This document shows, piece by piece, positions 40,872 through 51,768 of a DNA stretch of 64,000 bases. The DNA is taken from assembly GCA_965204535.1 (NCBI GenBank), contig CBDBEV010000001.1, positions 2,816,001 through 2,880,000 on the forward strand, given 5' to 3'. Each line of letters opens with the position of its first letter. The stretch's first letter is position 1. The notes under the pieces are model-generated. The model was not told the origin of the DNA. It did no database searches and saw nothing but the letters and a program-made list of their open reading frames with translations. Made by a program: the position numbers and the translations under genes. Source of the stretch: a bacterium (GTDB taxonomy: Bacteria > UBA8248).

Positions 40872-41834
40872 GTGGCGGATAGAAAAGTAAAACTGGGCGT
40901 GCTTCTCCCCACGCGCGGGGTGCTGCTCTGGAACACAGGTGTCCCGGAGGTGGGATCCGTCATCGACCTGGCCGTGCGTGCGGAGGAACTCGGCTACGAT
41001 TCCGTGTTCGTGGGGGATTCCGTTCTCGCCAAACCGAGACTCGAGGCGCTCAGCGTGCTCTCCGCCGTGGCGGTGAGAACCGAGCGCGTGAAGCTCGGCA
41101 CCGCCGTCTTTCTGCCCTGCCTCAGAGACCCCGTATTCCTCGCCTATCAGGTCGCGACGCTCGACGTCATCTCGGGCGGGCGCGTGATTCTCGGCGTCGG
41201 CATCGGTCCGCCGAAGCCCCAGGAGTGCGTGCATGAGTTCGAGACCTTGGGCGTGCCGTTCAGAAAGCGCATGTTCTACATGCAGGAGCACATGACGCTC
41301 ATGCGCAGGCTCTGGACGGAGGAGGACGTGACCTTTGAGGGCAGGTATTACCAGGTGGAAAACGTCACCTTGGCGCACAAGCCCATCCAGAAGACCGTGC
41401 CCATGTGGGTAGCCTCAGCCACAGTGGACACCGCGTGGCAGAGGGTGGCCAGATTTGGGGACGGCTGGTTCCCCAACCGCGTGACGCCCGAGGAGTTCCG
41501 CGACACCTGGGGGAAAATCGTCCGCTTGGCCTCTGAGAACGGGCGCGACCCCGGCACGCCCGCGTGGTACATGACCACCTGCATCGACGACGACAAGGAA
41601 TCCGCCATGAAAAACGGCGAGGAATTTTTGCTCGATTACTACTACACCCCGTTCTGGGGCGATTCCATCGAGAAATGGGGCACGTACGGCCCCGCGGAAG
41701 ACCTGATAGAGCGCATCAACGCCTTCATCGAGGCAGGGGCTGCGCATATCTCCCTGCGCTTCACCCACCGGGATCAGATGGGCCAGTTGGAGCGATTCAC
41801 AGAGGAGGTGCTCCCGCACCTGAATCTGGAGTAA
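40872..41834 (+). CDS. LLM-class flavin-dependent oxidoreductase
   Basis: Paralog of the 33304 protein (LLPTRG, GDSVLAKPR, GTAV). Confidence 0.88.
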   Translation: MADRKVKLGVLLPTRGVLLWNTGVPEVGSVIDLAVRAEELGYDSVFVGDSVLAKPRLEALSVLSAVAVRTERVKLGTAVFLPCLRDPVFLAYQVATLDVISGGRVILGVGIGPPKPQECVHEFETLGVPFRKRMFYMQEHMTLMRRLWTEEDVTFEGRYYQVENVTLAHKPIQKTVPMWVASATVDTAWQRVARFGDGWFPNRVTPEEFRDTWGKIVRLASENGRDPGTPAWYMTTCIDDDKESAMKNGEEFLLDYYYTPFWGDSIEKWGTYGPAEDLIERINAFIEAGAAHISLRFTHRDQMGQLERFTEEVLPHLNLE

Positions 41835-41996
41835 GAAGGTTTTTCGCCGATCTTTGTCGTCTATCCTGCTCCGGAAAAAATTCAGGGGCAGTCAATTCCG
41901 GGTGAACACAAGGGTTTGCCAATACATGAGAGGGTAATGGCAACCCCCTTGAAAGCGAAATCCCATAACATCACCCCCCCCTACCCCCCCCTTAAC

Positions 41997-43508
41997 GGGG
42001 CTGTTGAAAAACCCCTGGTTTTGTGATCGTATGGATGTATCCCCCCTCGCCCGAGATGGGAGATTCCCCGATGTTGGACCGCAAGAGGCGCGGGCAGATG
42101 GAATTGTTCGTGGCCGGTTCGCTGGAGCAGTTGATTCCCGAAGATTACATATTGTTCCGGGTGAACCGCGTACTGGATTTGAGTTGGCTTCGCGAGGAGG
42201 TGGCGGAGTGCTATTGCGCGGACAACGGTCGACCGGGGATCGACCCGGAAGTGGTGGTGCGGTTGATGCTGGCGGGTCTTCTGCTGGGCCACGTTCACGA
42301 CCGGCATCTGCTTCGCGAGGCGCAGGTGAACCTGGCGATCCGGTGGTTCATCGGTTACGAGCTGCACGAGGAGTTGCCGGATCATTCGAGCCTGACGCGG
42401 ATTCGCCAGCGGTGGGGGGAGGCGCGGTTCAAGGAGATATTGCGCCGCACGGTTCAGGCGTGCCTGGAGGCGCAGGTGGCGAAGGGGGAAGTGGTTCACA
42501 TGGACGCGTCTTTGATACGTGCGGACGTGAGTTGGGAGAGTCTGGCGGCGCGCCACGCGGAGAAGGTGGTGCGGGAGAACGACTCGGCGGATGAGGCGGG
42601 GAAGAAGGGCGGGGGTTCGGGGCCTGTGAGCCGAACGGACCCCGACGCGCGCCTGGCGCGCAAGAGCGCTCGGGCGGGGTTCGAGCCGAGCTACAAGCAC
42701 CACGCGGTGGTGGACGACGAGCGTGGCGTTGTCCTCGACGTAGAGGTGACGGCGGGGACGTTGAACGAGCGGGAGATGATGGAGCCGCAGTTGGATGCGG
42801 TTTGCGAGCTCACGGGTCGCGCGCCCGCGGTGGTGACGGCGGATAGTGGTTATGCGTATTCGAAGGTGTATGCGGGATTGGAGCGGCGTGGCGTCGCCGC
42901 GGTGATACCGGCGAAGAAGGAGCCTTCCCAGAGCCGTGTTCCGCTGCAGTTGTTCCGCTACGACGAGCGGCGCAAGGTGGTGAAGTGTCCGGGCGGCAAG
43001 ACGCTGCGCCCCCGGAAGGAAACGGAGCGGGGGCGCTACTATGGTTCGAGGACGCGCGATTGCGCGGGCTGCGCGCTGAGGTCGGATTGTCTTCCCAAGT
43101 CGCACACGAGCAGGACGGTGCTGATTCCGCATGAATATCCGGCGCTGTTGCGCGCGCGCCGCCGCCACGCGCGCCGGGGGGAGGAGGAGGGCCGGCTGTG
43201 GCGCCGCCACATGGGGCGCTCGGAGGGCTACCACGGCGAAGCGAAGAGTCGGCACGGACTGGGGCGGGCGGTGCGCCGGGGCCTTGCGAACATGAGGATC
43301 CAGGCCTACCTGACGGCGACTGCGGTGAACCTCAAGCGGCTGGCCGCCGCTTTTGCGGCGGGTATATTCGCTCTGTGGAGGGCCTGGGCCGCCCGGAGAC
43401 GCCGAATGCGCGCATATCGCGGCCTCACGCGCCGATTGGGCTTCCTCTCCGCCGCCGCGTGAGCCGCCATTCAGCCCGCTCCCGAAACAGGGTTTTTCAA
43501 CAGGCCCC
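41997..43508 (+). mobile_element. IS1182-family element copy B (intact)
   Basis: TIRs GGGGCTGTTGAAAAA / TTTTTCAACAGGCCC(C); TSD (C)TTAAC; inserted in the C-rich palindrome. Confidence 0.93.
42071..43462 (+). CDS. IS1182-family DDE transposase (intact)
   Basis: Uninterrupted counterpart of 6478-7248 plus 9041-9667; HMDAS, TADSGY, EGYHGEAK. Confidence 0.92.
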   Translation: MLDRKRRGQMELFVAGSLEQLIPEDYILFRVNRVLDLSWLREEVAECYCADNGRPGIDPEVVVRLMLAGLLLGHVHDRHLLREAQVNLAIRWFIGYELHEELPDHSSLTRIRQRWGEARFKEILRRTVQACLEAQVAKGEVVHMDASLIRADVSWESLAARHAEKVVRENDSADEAGKKGGGSGPVSRTDPDARLARKSARAGFEPSYKHHAVVDDERGVVLDVEVTAGTLNEREMMEPQLDAVCELTGRAPAVVTADSGYAYSKVYAGLERRGVAAVIPAKKEPSQSRVPLQLFRYDERRKVVKCPGGKTLRPRKETERGRYYGSRTRDCAGCALRSDCLPKSHTSRTVLIPHEYPALLRARRRHARRGEEEGRLWRRHMGRSEGYHGEAKSRHGLGRAVRRGLANMRIQAYLTATAVNLKRLAAAFAAGIFALWRAWAARRRRMRAYRGLTRRLGFLSAAA

Positions 43509-43695
43509 TTAACAGGGGGGTATAAAAAGGCAACACCCGCCGCCGATGGAGGAGCTTTTGTTTTTTCTTACCCCCCTGTTAAGGGGGGGGTAGGGGGGGG
43601 TGGTTTCGAAGAGGGAGGTCGGGGGTTCGCGCGAAAGCGGCCTTCCCGCTAAAGGTAATGTCCCCCAACGAGGACTTTTTCAACAGCCCCTTTGC

Positions 43696-43886
43696 GGGTT
43701 GTTGAAAAGGCCTGTTTCGAGACTGGGCGGATACTTGGGTCCACCCCCGAGCGTCGTTTTGGTCGTAAGCCTGATGTAGGGGCCGCATATATGCGGCCCA
43801 TGACGGGCGGCGAAAAAAGGCCGGGACGCATATATGCGTCCCCTACAGACCAAACCTGACCGAAGGGGGCTTTTTCAACAATCCCC
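43696..43886. mobile_element. IS1182-end MITE carrying a GTAG REP pair
   Basis: Ends GGGTTGTTGAAAAGG / GGCTTTTTCAACAATCCC; cargo GTAGGGGCCGCATATATGCGG...GCGTCCCCTAC. Confidence 0.68.
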
Positions 43887-44048
43887 CTTTGAGGGAGGGG
43901 GAGTCATTTCATAAGCGTATGTCGATTGCGAATTCTGTTTTTGGGGGATTTTTCAAAGCTCCCGGAAGAGGGGGGTGTTCTGCGCCCAGGCGGACTCTAG
44001 GCGTGAGCCGGTCCGCGCCAGAAATGGGAAGCCGGATTCGAGAAGGGC

Positions 44049-44678
44049 CTAGAGCGGCCTCAAAACCGCGCGGGCGGGCGCGCCGTCGCGCCCCGGGAAC
44101 AGGGCGGGCAGGGCGATGAGTTCGTAATCCCCCTCGGGCGCATCGCTCAGGTTCAGCCCTTCGAGCAGCACGACGCCCAGCGGCATCAGCAGCGAGTGGA
44201 CGGGCACGTTGGGGTCGGGCGCGTCCACGCCGAGATAGTCCACGCCCAGCAGTTCCATCCCGTGGTCGTAGAGAAGCTGCCCGGCTTCTGCCGTCATGTG
44301 GCAGTAGTCGGGGCTGTAGGGTTTCGTCCACCACTGATCTTCCGAGTTCCGCGTCTTGATCAAGAAGCGCGTGGCGCCTTCGAGGTTCTTGGTCGCCAGT
44401 TCTTCCGCCGTGATGCACTCGTGGTTTTCGACCGCTATCACCCGGGCGGGACCCATGAGAGTCTCGAGGTTCAGCGTCTCGATGCCGCCCGCATCGTGCA
44501 GGTAGTGCATGGGCGCGTCGAGATGCGTGCCGGCGTGCACGCCGAATGTGACTTCGGTGAGGCAGACGTCGTCGCCTGCGTCAAAGGATTTGTGAAAGCG
44601 CATCGAAAGCCCGGGATTTCCGGGGTAGATGGGCATTTCGCCTTCCACTACGGGGACGGATATGTCGATGATGGCCAT
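44049..44678 (-). CDS. Cyclase family protein (kynurenine formamidase KynB-like)
   Basis: IIDIS, HAGTHLDAPMH, GVDYLG, DGAPARAVL. Confidence 0.88.
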   Translation of the reverse strand: MAIIDISVPVVEGEMPIYPGNPGLSMRFHKSFDAGDDVCLTEVTFGVHAGTHLDAPMHYLHDAGGIETLNLETLMGPARVIAVENHECITAEELATKNLEGATRFLIKTRNSEDQWWTKPYSPDYCHMTAEAGQLLYDHGMELLGVDYLGVDAPDPNVPVHSLLMPLGVVLLEGLNLSDAPEGDYELIALPALFPGRDGAPARAVLRPL

Positions 44679-45088
44679 GGCTCTCCTCCGGCGGGATGGG
44701 GTGGGACAGGCGGGAGCAGATTACCAGAAAGCGGCGGCAGGTGTCCAAACGGGGGATTTCGAGAGGAGAGGACAAAGGGGAGGGTAACGAACGGAAAACG
44801 AGGTCCTTTTGAATCGTATAAAGATAGTTGATTGTGTGTGGTAATCTTATACGTGCGAAGCAGACGTATCCTGGAGAAATTCTTGACGAAGCGAAAACGG
44901 GAAGGAAGACGCGATGGGCACCCATCCTGTGAAAAACCGGCGCAAGGATAAACAGGCGAGCGAAACGGAAGAAACCGCCGAGGATGCGATTGATTTCGAG
45001 ATAGCGGCGAAACGATGGCGCGATCTCAAGGAAGGCCGCGACTCGCTCGTTACGGATGAAGGACGGGTGGTCGTATCTTGGTTCTTCC

Positions 45089-45352
45089 CTACATCGCCGT
45101 AGGTCTTGGCGGCGGCCATTCATCAGGGGCCAGGAGTTTGCCGAATCCATAGTCCATGGATTTCTCGATTCTATCGAATCCATCATCCATCTTTTTATCG
45201 ATGGTCTCGAATCGGTCGTCGACGTTTTTGAGATTCTGATTCATTTCATATCGCATCTCATTCATTGATTCCTGGGCGCCTGCAATCGTTTCCCGCATTT
45301 CATCAAGCGATTCCTGAATGCCGGCGAAGGCTTGCCTCGTTTCATCGTCCAT
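45089..45352 (-). CDS. Small coiled-coil hypothetical protein
   Basis: Repeats such as RFETIDKKMDD/GFDRIEKSMDY; AT-richer composition. Confidence 0.5.
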   Translation of the reverse strand: MDDETRQAFAGIQESLDEMRETIAGAQESMNEMRYEMNQNLKNVDDRFETIDKKMDDGFDRIEKSMDYGFGKLLAPDEWPPPRPTAM

Positions 45353-45565
45353 GGACATTCCCCTGATAAGTGTATCAGCGGCGGGCGTGATAGCCAGACG
45401 CCTGCCATGGTCGCTCTGCACTTGGGCGGTGAAGATATATTCCACTGGCAATCAGGGTGATGTCAAATGGTATCGCCGTATGTTCGCCTCTATTGCCCAT
45501 TTTTTTTCGGAAGACGAACCGGACGGCGATCACTCAAGCGCAGTCCAAGGGCGCTCGGTAAACCC

Positions 45566-46666
45566 CTACTCGTGCACGACCACGCTGCGGGCCACCTCGC
45601 CGTTCAGGAGCGCATCGTACGCCTCGTTGATCTGCTCGATGGGCCACTCCTTGGTGAGCAGGTCGTCGAGGTTGAGCTTTCCGGCCATGTAGAGGTCGAT
45701 GAGCCGGGGCACGAAGATGCGCGGGTTGGAGGAGCCGTAGAGGGAGCCGATGAGGCGCTTTTCCTCCGTCACCAGGGAGACGGGGGGTATCGAGACCCTC
45801 GATTTCACGTCCGCGATGCCCACGATGACCGCCGTGCCGCCCGTGCGCACGCTCTCGAACGCGGTGGACATCACTTCGGGCACGCCGATGAGTTCGAAGG
45901 CGTAGTGCGCGCCCTTGCCGTCGGTGAGCGCGCGGATGGCCTCCACCGCGTCCTCATCGGAGGAGTTCACCGTGTGCGTCGCGCCGAATTTTTTCGCCAT
46001 ATCGAGCTTGTTCTGCATCAGGTCGACCGCGATGATGGGCTCCGCCCCGATCAAGGCCGCCCCCTGCACCGCGTTCAGCCCCACGCCGCCCGCACCGAAC
46101 ACGGCCACGCTCTCGCCCGGACGCACCTGCGCGCCGTTTACCACCGCGCCCACGCCCGTGATGACGGCGCAGCTCACCACCGCCGCTTTTTCGAGCGACA
46201 TGTCTTCCCGAATCTTCATGACCGATTTCTCGGACATCACCGAATGGGAACTGAACGTGGAGACGCCCAGGAAGTGGTGCACCCTCTCGCCGTTGATGGA
46301 AAAGCGCGTCGTTCCGTCCGAGAGCGTGCCGTCGGCGCGCATGCGGATGCCCTCGCCGCAGATGGCGGGCCGGCCCGCGAGGCAGAGTTCGCACGCGCCG
46401 CAGCTGTAGCGCCAGACGGTGACCACGTGGTCGCCCGGCTTCACCGACGTCACGCCGGGTCCCACCTCTTCCACGACGCCAGCACCCTCGTGGCCCATGA
46501 TGATGGGCGTGGGGACCGGGAACAGGCCCACCATGGCGTGGTGGTCGCTGTGGCAGACGCCGCCCGCGCGGTAGTGCACGAGCACCTCGCCTTCTTTGGG
46601 CGGTTCCACCTCGATGGGTTCGATGGTCATCGGTTTGCCGACTTCGTGGAAGATGGCTGCTTTCAT
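45566..46666 (-). CDS. Zn-dependent alcohol dehydrogenase (class III-like MDR)
   Basis: GVCHSD, GHEGAG, CGACELC..C, GAGGVG. Confidence 0.92.
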   Translation of the reverse strand: MKAAIFHEVGKPMTIEPIEVEPPKEGEVLVHYRAGGVCHSDHHAMVGLFPVPTPIIMGHEGAGVVEEVGPGVTSVKPGDHVVTVWRYSCGACELCLAGRPAICGEGIRMRADGTLSDGTTRFSINGERVHHFLGVSTFSSHSVMSEKSVMKIREDMSLEKAAVVSCAVITGVGAVVNGAQVRPGESVAVFGAGGVGLNAVQGAALIGAEPIIAVDLMQNKLDMAKKFGATHTVNSSDEDAVEAIRALTDGKGAHYAFELIGVPEVMSTAFESVRTGGTAVIVGIADVKSRVSIPPVSLVTEEKRLIGSLYGSSNPRIFVPRLIDLYMAGKLNLDDLLTKEWPIEQINEAYDALLNGEVARSVVVHE

Positions 46667-46828
46667 GGGGTGCTCCTCGGTCGATGGGGATGCGCGAGGC
46701 TCATTGAACCCGGCGATATCGAGTGGGTTTTCGTATTTTTACCCGAAAAAGGCGCGAATTGCACACGCCGGGTTCCCTTCGGGCGTTGCAAGTCGGGGCG
46801 CATCCGTATATGCTCTTTGGAGGAAGTC

Positions 46829-46912
46829 CCTGCTAGGGGTGTATGTACTGAGAGCCTGGAATCGCGGGCAACCCTTGGAACCTGCACTGGGTAATTCCAG
46901 CGAAGGGAAGCG
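46829..46912 (+). ncRNA. TPP riboswitch
   Basis: GGGGTG..CTGAGA..ACCCTT.GAACCTG..GGTAAT.CCAGCGAAGGGAA upstream of thiS-thiG. Confidence 0.9.
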
Positions 46913-46936
46913 GGCCGAAGAATCCGGGTGTTTCTG

Positions 46937-46966
46937 GCCGCTCCCGAATCGCGGGGCGGCTTTTTT
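46937..46966 (+). terminator. Intrinsic terminator (riboswitch expression platform)
   Basis: GCCGCTCC...GGGGCGGC hairpin followed by T6, between aptamer and thiS. Confidence 0.7.
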
Positions 46967-46994
46967 GATGGGAAGTTTCCGGGGAGATCAATTC

Positions 46995-47195
46995 TTGCGT
47001 GTCCGCGTGAACGGAGAGGACAGGGAACTGGAAGAGGGTGTGAGCGTCGCCGCTCTTCTCGATTCGATGTCGCTCGAAGTGAACGGCATCGCCGTGGCGC
47101 TCAACATGGAGATCGTCCGCCGGGGCGAATACGGGGACACGCATTTATCCGATGGGGATGAGGTCGAGATCGTCCGCGCCGTGGGCGGGGGCTGA
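46995..47195 (+). CDS. thiS: Sulfur carrier protein ThiS
   Basis: VNGE..AVALN..IV..GDEVEIVRAVGGG; TTG start after GGGGAG. Confidence 0.92.
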   Translation: MRVRVNGEDRELEEGVSVAALLDSMSLEVNGIAVALNMEIVRRGEYGDTHLSDGDEVEIVRAVGGG

Positions 47196-47246
47196 GCATA
47201 CGTGAAAACGGGCGCGGCCACCGAGCCTGCGCCGGGAGGGGGTGTG

Positions 47247-48020
47247 ATGAGCACGTACGAGATTGGGGGCAGGACGTTCACTTCCCGCCTTTTGGTGGGT
47301 TCCGGCAAATATCCGAGTTTCGCCGTGATGCGCGATTCGCTCGAAGCGAGCGGGACGGAAATCGTCACCGTCGCGGTGCGCCGCGTGGACCTGGAAGACG
47401 ATTCGTCCGAGGGCTTCTGGGCGCATTTCGATAAGGACAGGTATACGATGCTGCCCAACACGGCGGGCTGTTACGACGTGAAGAGCGCGGTGACGACGGC
47501 GCGGCTCGCGCGCGAGGCCACGGGCTCGGACTTCGTGAAGGTCGAGGTCATCGGCGATGAGGACACGCTCTTCCCGGACAACGAGGGCCTGCTGGAGGCG
47601 TGCCGGATCCTGCTGGATGACGGCTTCATCGTGCTGCCCTACTGCATCGACGATCCCGTCATCTGCAAGAAGCTGGAGCAACTGGGTTGCCACGCCGTCA
47701 TGCCGCTGGCAGCACCCATCGGCTCGGGCCTGGGGATACGGAATCCCTATAACCTCAGGATCATCCTGGAGCAGGTGTCGGTTCCCGTCATCGTGGACGC
47801 GGGCGTGGGCACGGCTTCTGACGCCGCGGTGGCGATGGAGCTCGGCGCCGCCGCCGTCCTGATGCAGACGGCCATCGCGGGGGCCGACGATCCGGTGAAG
47901 ATGGCGCGCGCCATGAACCTCGCCGTCGAGGCGGGCAGGCTCGCGCACGAGGCCGGGCGCATCCCCATGAAGCTCTACGCCACAGCGTCGAGTCCGCTGG
48001 CCGGCGTCATCGGCTCTTAG
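47247..48020 (+). CDS. thiG: Thiazole synthase
   Basis: [41 protein letters not shown]. Confidence 0.96.
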   Translation: MSTYEIGGRTFTSRLLVGSGKYPSFAVMRDSLEASGTEIVTVAVRRVDLEDDSSEGFWAHFDKDRYTMLPNTAGCYDVKSAVTTARLAREATGSDFVKVEVIGDEDTLFPDNEGLLEACRILLDDGFIVLPYCIDDPVICKKLEQLGCHAVMPLAAPIGSGLGIRNPYNLRIILEQVSVPVIVDAGVGTASDAAVAMELGAAAVLMQTAIAGADDPVKMARAMNLAVEAGRLAHEAGRIPMKLYATASSPLAGVIGS

Positions 48021-48039
48021 GGCTGATACCGGCGAGATT

Positions 48040-48666
48040 TTGGAATCATCATCGCTCGACCCGCTCTACCTCATCACGGACAGGAACGCTCCCCCATCGG
48101 GCGATCTCCCGGGCGCGCTGGAGGCGGCCCTAAGAGGCGGGGTGCGCTTCGTCCAATACCGGGAAAAGGATCTGCCCTATACGGAAAGGTTTAGCCTGGG
48201 GCGGGAGGTCGCCGCCCTCACGAATGAACACGGCACGCGCCTGATCGTGAACGGCGACCCGGAACTCGCAGCCGCCCTGGGCGCGGACGGCGTACACCTC
48301 GGTAAGGGCACGTTAAGCGTTTCGGCGGTGCGCGCGGGCGGGTATCGAGGCCTGATCGGCTATTCCGCCCATTCAGGAGAAGAAGCGGCGGGCGCGTTCG
48401 CCGAGGGCGCGGATTTCGCCACGCTCAGCCCCGTATTCCCCACCAACAGCAAATTCTCATCCGGCCCCCTCATGGGGATTGATAAATTTGAGCGTGAAGT
48501 TACTCTCGCGGGCGGCCCCGTCTACGCCCTGGGCGGCGTGGGGGCGGAGAACGCGGCAACGTGTCTCGCAAGAGGCGCGCGCGGCGTCGCCCTCATCGGC
48601 GCGATTCTTGCGGCGGACGACCCCGCCAGTGCGGCGCGGGAGGTGCGCGCGGCGCTTGCGAATTGA
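48040..48666 (+). CDS. thiE: Thiamine-phosphate synthase / TenI family protein
   Basis: YLITD, VQYREK, GVHLG, SAHS, SPVFPT, ALGG. Confidence 0.75.
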   Translation: MESSSLDPLYLITDRNAPPSGDLPGALEAALRGGVRFVQYREKDLPYTERFSLGREVAALTNEHGTRLIVNGDPELAAALGADGVHLGKGTLSVSAVRAGGYRGLIGYSAHSGEEAAGAFAEGADFATLSPVFPTNSKFSSGPLMGIDKFEREVTLAGGPVYALGGVGAENAATCLARGARGVALIGAILAADDPASAAREVRAALAN

Positions 48667-48821
48667 TTCGTCCTGCCCGTATCCGCGCACACCTACTTGA
48701 GAAATCCGCGCGAATATCCAACAATAGCGGAAAATCGCCAAGGATATAAAATTTCTTGGTTGTTGTTTTTGGACTATTTATTCTTGTCCTCTATTTTTAG
48801 GGGTAGACCCGGAAATAGTGC

Positions 48822-49646
48822 TTGGAAAGAAATGAAAATGCAATGATTTTGTATGAACAGATCGAATTGCTACGCATCCATATTTCCGAACTGGAACAAG
48901 TTGAATATATCGGCACCCCTTTATTGGGCGGTGGGACAATGGACGCTTACACATTCAAGAAATATGTTTTGGTAGCAAGAGACATTCTGGCTTTCCTGAG
49001 TTTTGCGGATCCAGATGGGTCTATATTTCCGGAAATCAAGAGAGAAATTCGCTCCATTGAAGAAGATAAAGATATTTCATTGAAGCGCCTCCTAGGGATG
49101 ATTGTTCACTTGAGCTACCTAGACCTCAATAATGACACTCCCCCAGAAACTTGCATCCTAGACGTAATAAACGACAGGGGGGAAAGGCATCGTGTTAAGT
49201 TGGGTGATTTTACATCAGCCTTAAATACACTTCTCTTGAAACCTCATCAGGTAGGTATTGCAGTGTGTTGCTTTACAGATAGGCACATCAAAAAAATGGA
49301 GTCGTGCGGGAAGGATAAAATCCCAGAGATGTTCTTGAAACATTGGAATACGGCTACCTCCTGCAATTTCGATTGGTTACTCGCCAAATTTTGCAAAGAT
49401 TTTTCATTGGAACAAGCAATCTTGAAGGAAATTTTTCAGTTTTCCATGATTGCAGAAACCCCGGATTGCGTTGATCCCAGAAGCTACATTTTTCATATGA
49501 ATCCTACGAGATTAGACCTAGGGAAAATGAGCACCTCGCTTACTTGGAGCGACAGAAAAGAGAGAAAGATAAAAATAGAGTCGGTTGGTGTTCGAAAGTT
49601 GATTTCTGTTATTCGAGGACACTTGGAATTGTATAATGTGGCTTAA
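48822..49646 (+). CDS. AT-rich hypothetical protein
   Basis: 274 aa uninterrupted ORF in low-GC island; no motif recognised. Confidence 0.6.
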   Translation: MERNENAMILYEQIELLRIHISELEQVEYIGTPLLGGGTMDAYTFKKYVLVARDILAFLSFADPDGSIFPEIKREIRSIEEDKDISLKRLLGMIVHLSYLDLNNDTPPETCILDVINDRGERHRVKLGDFTSALNTLLLKPHQVGIAVCCFTDRHIKKMESCGKDKIPEMFLKHWNTATSCNFDWLLAKFCKDFSLEQAILKEIFQFSMIAETPDCVDPRSYIFHMNPTRLDLGKMSTSLTWSDRKERKIKIESVGVRKLISVIRGHLELYNVA

Positions 49647-49700
49647 ATTCAAACTGAGCCACTACCAAATTTTCACATGACCGAGCCGGGAGGTACTCTC

Positions 49701-51656
<1,956 letters not shown>

Positions 51657-51768
51657 GGGACGTCGGGCAAATAGGTCGGAAGTTTTATTGGTAGGGGACG
51701 CATATTATGCGTCCCTTACTTGTATTGAGGTAGACACGATTACATTTTTTGAGGAGGTATCTTGAAGA

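Noticed and set aside
44914-45102. 62-aa ORF convergent with the 45089 gene as a toxin-antitoxin pair
   Set aside because: No recognisable motif or operon arrangement
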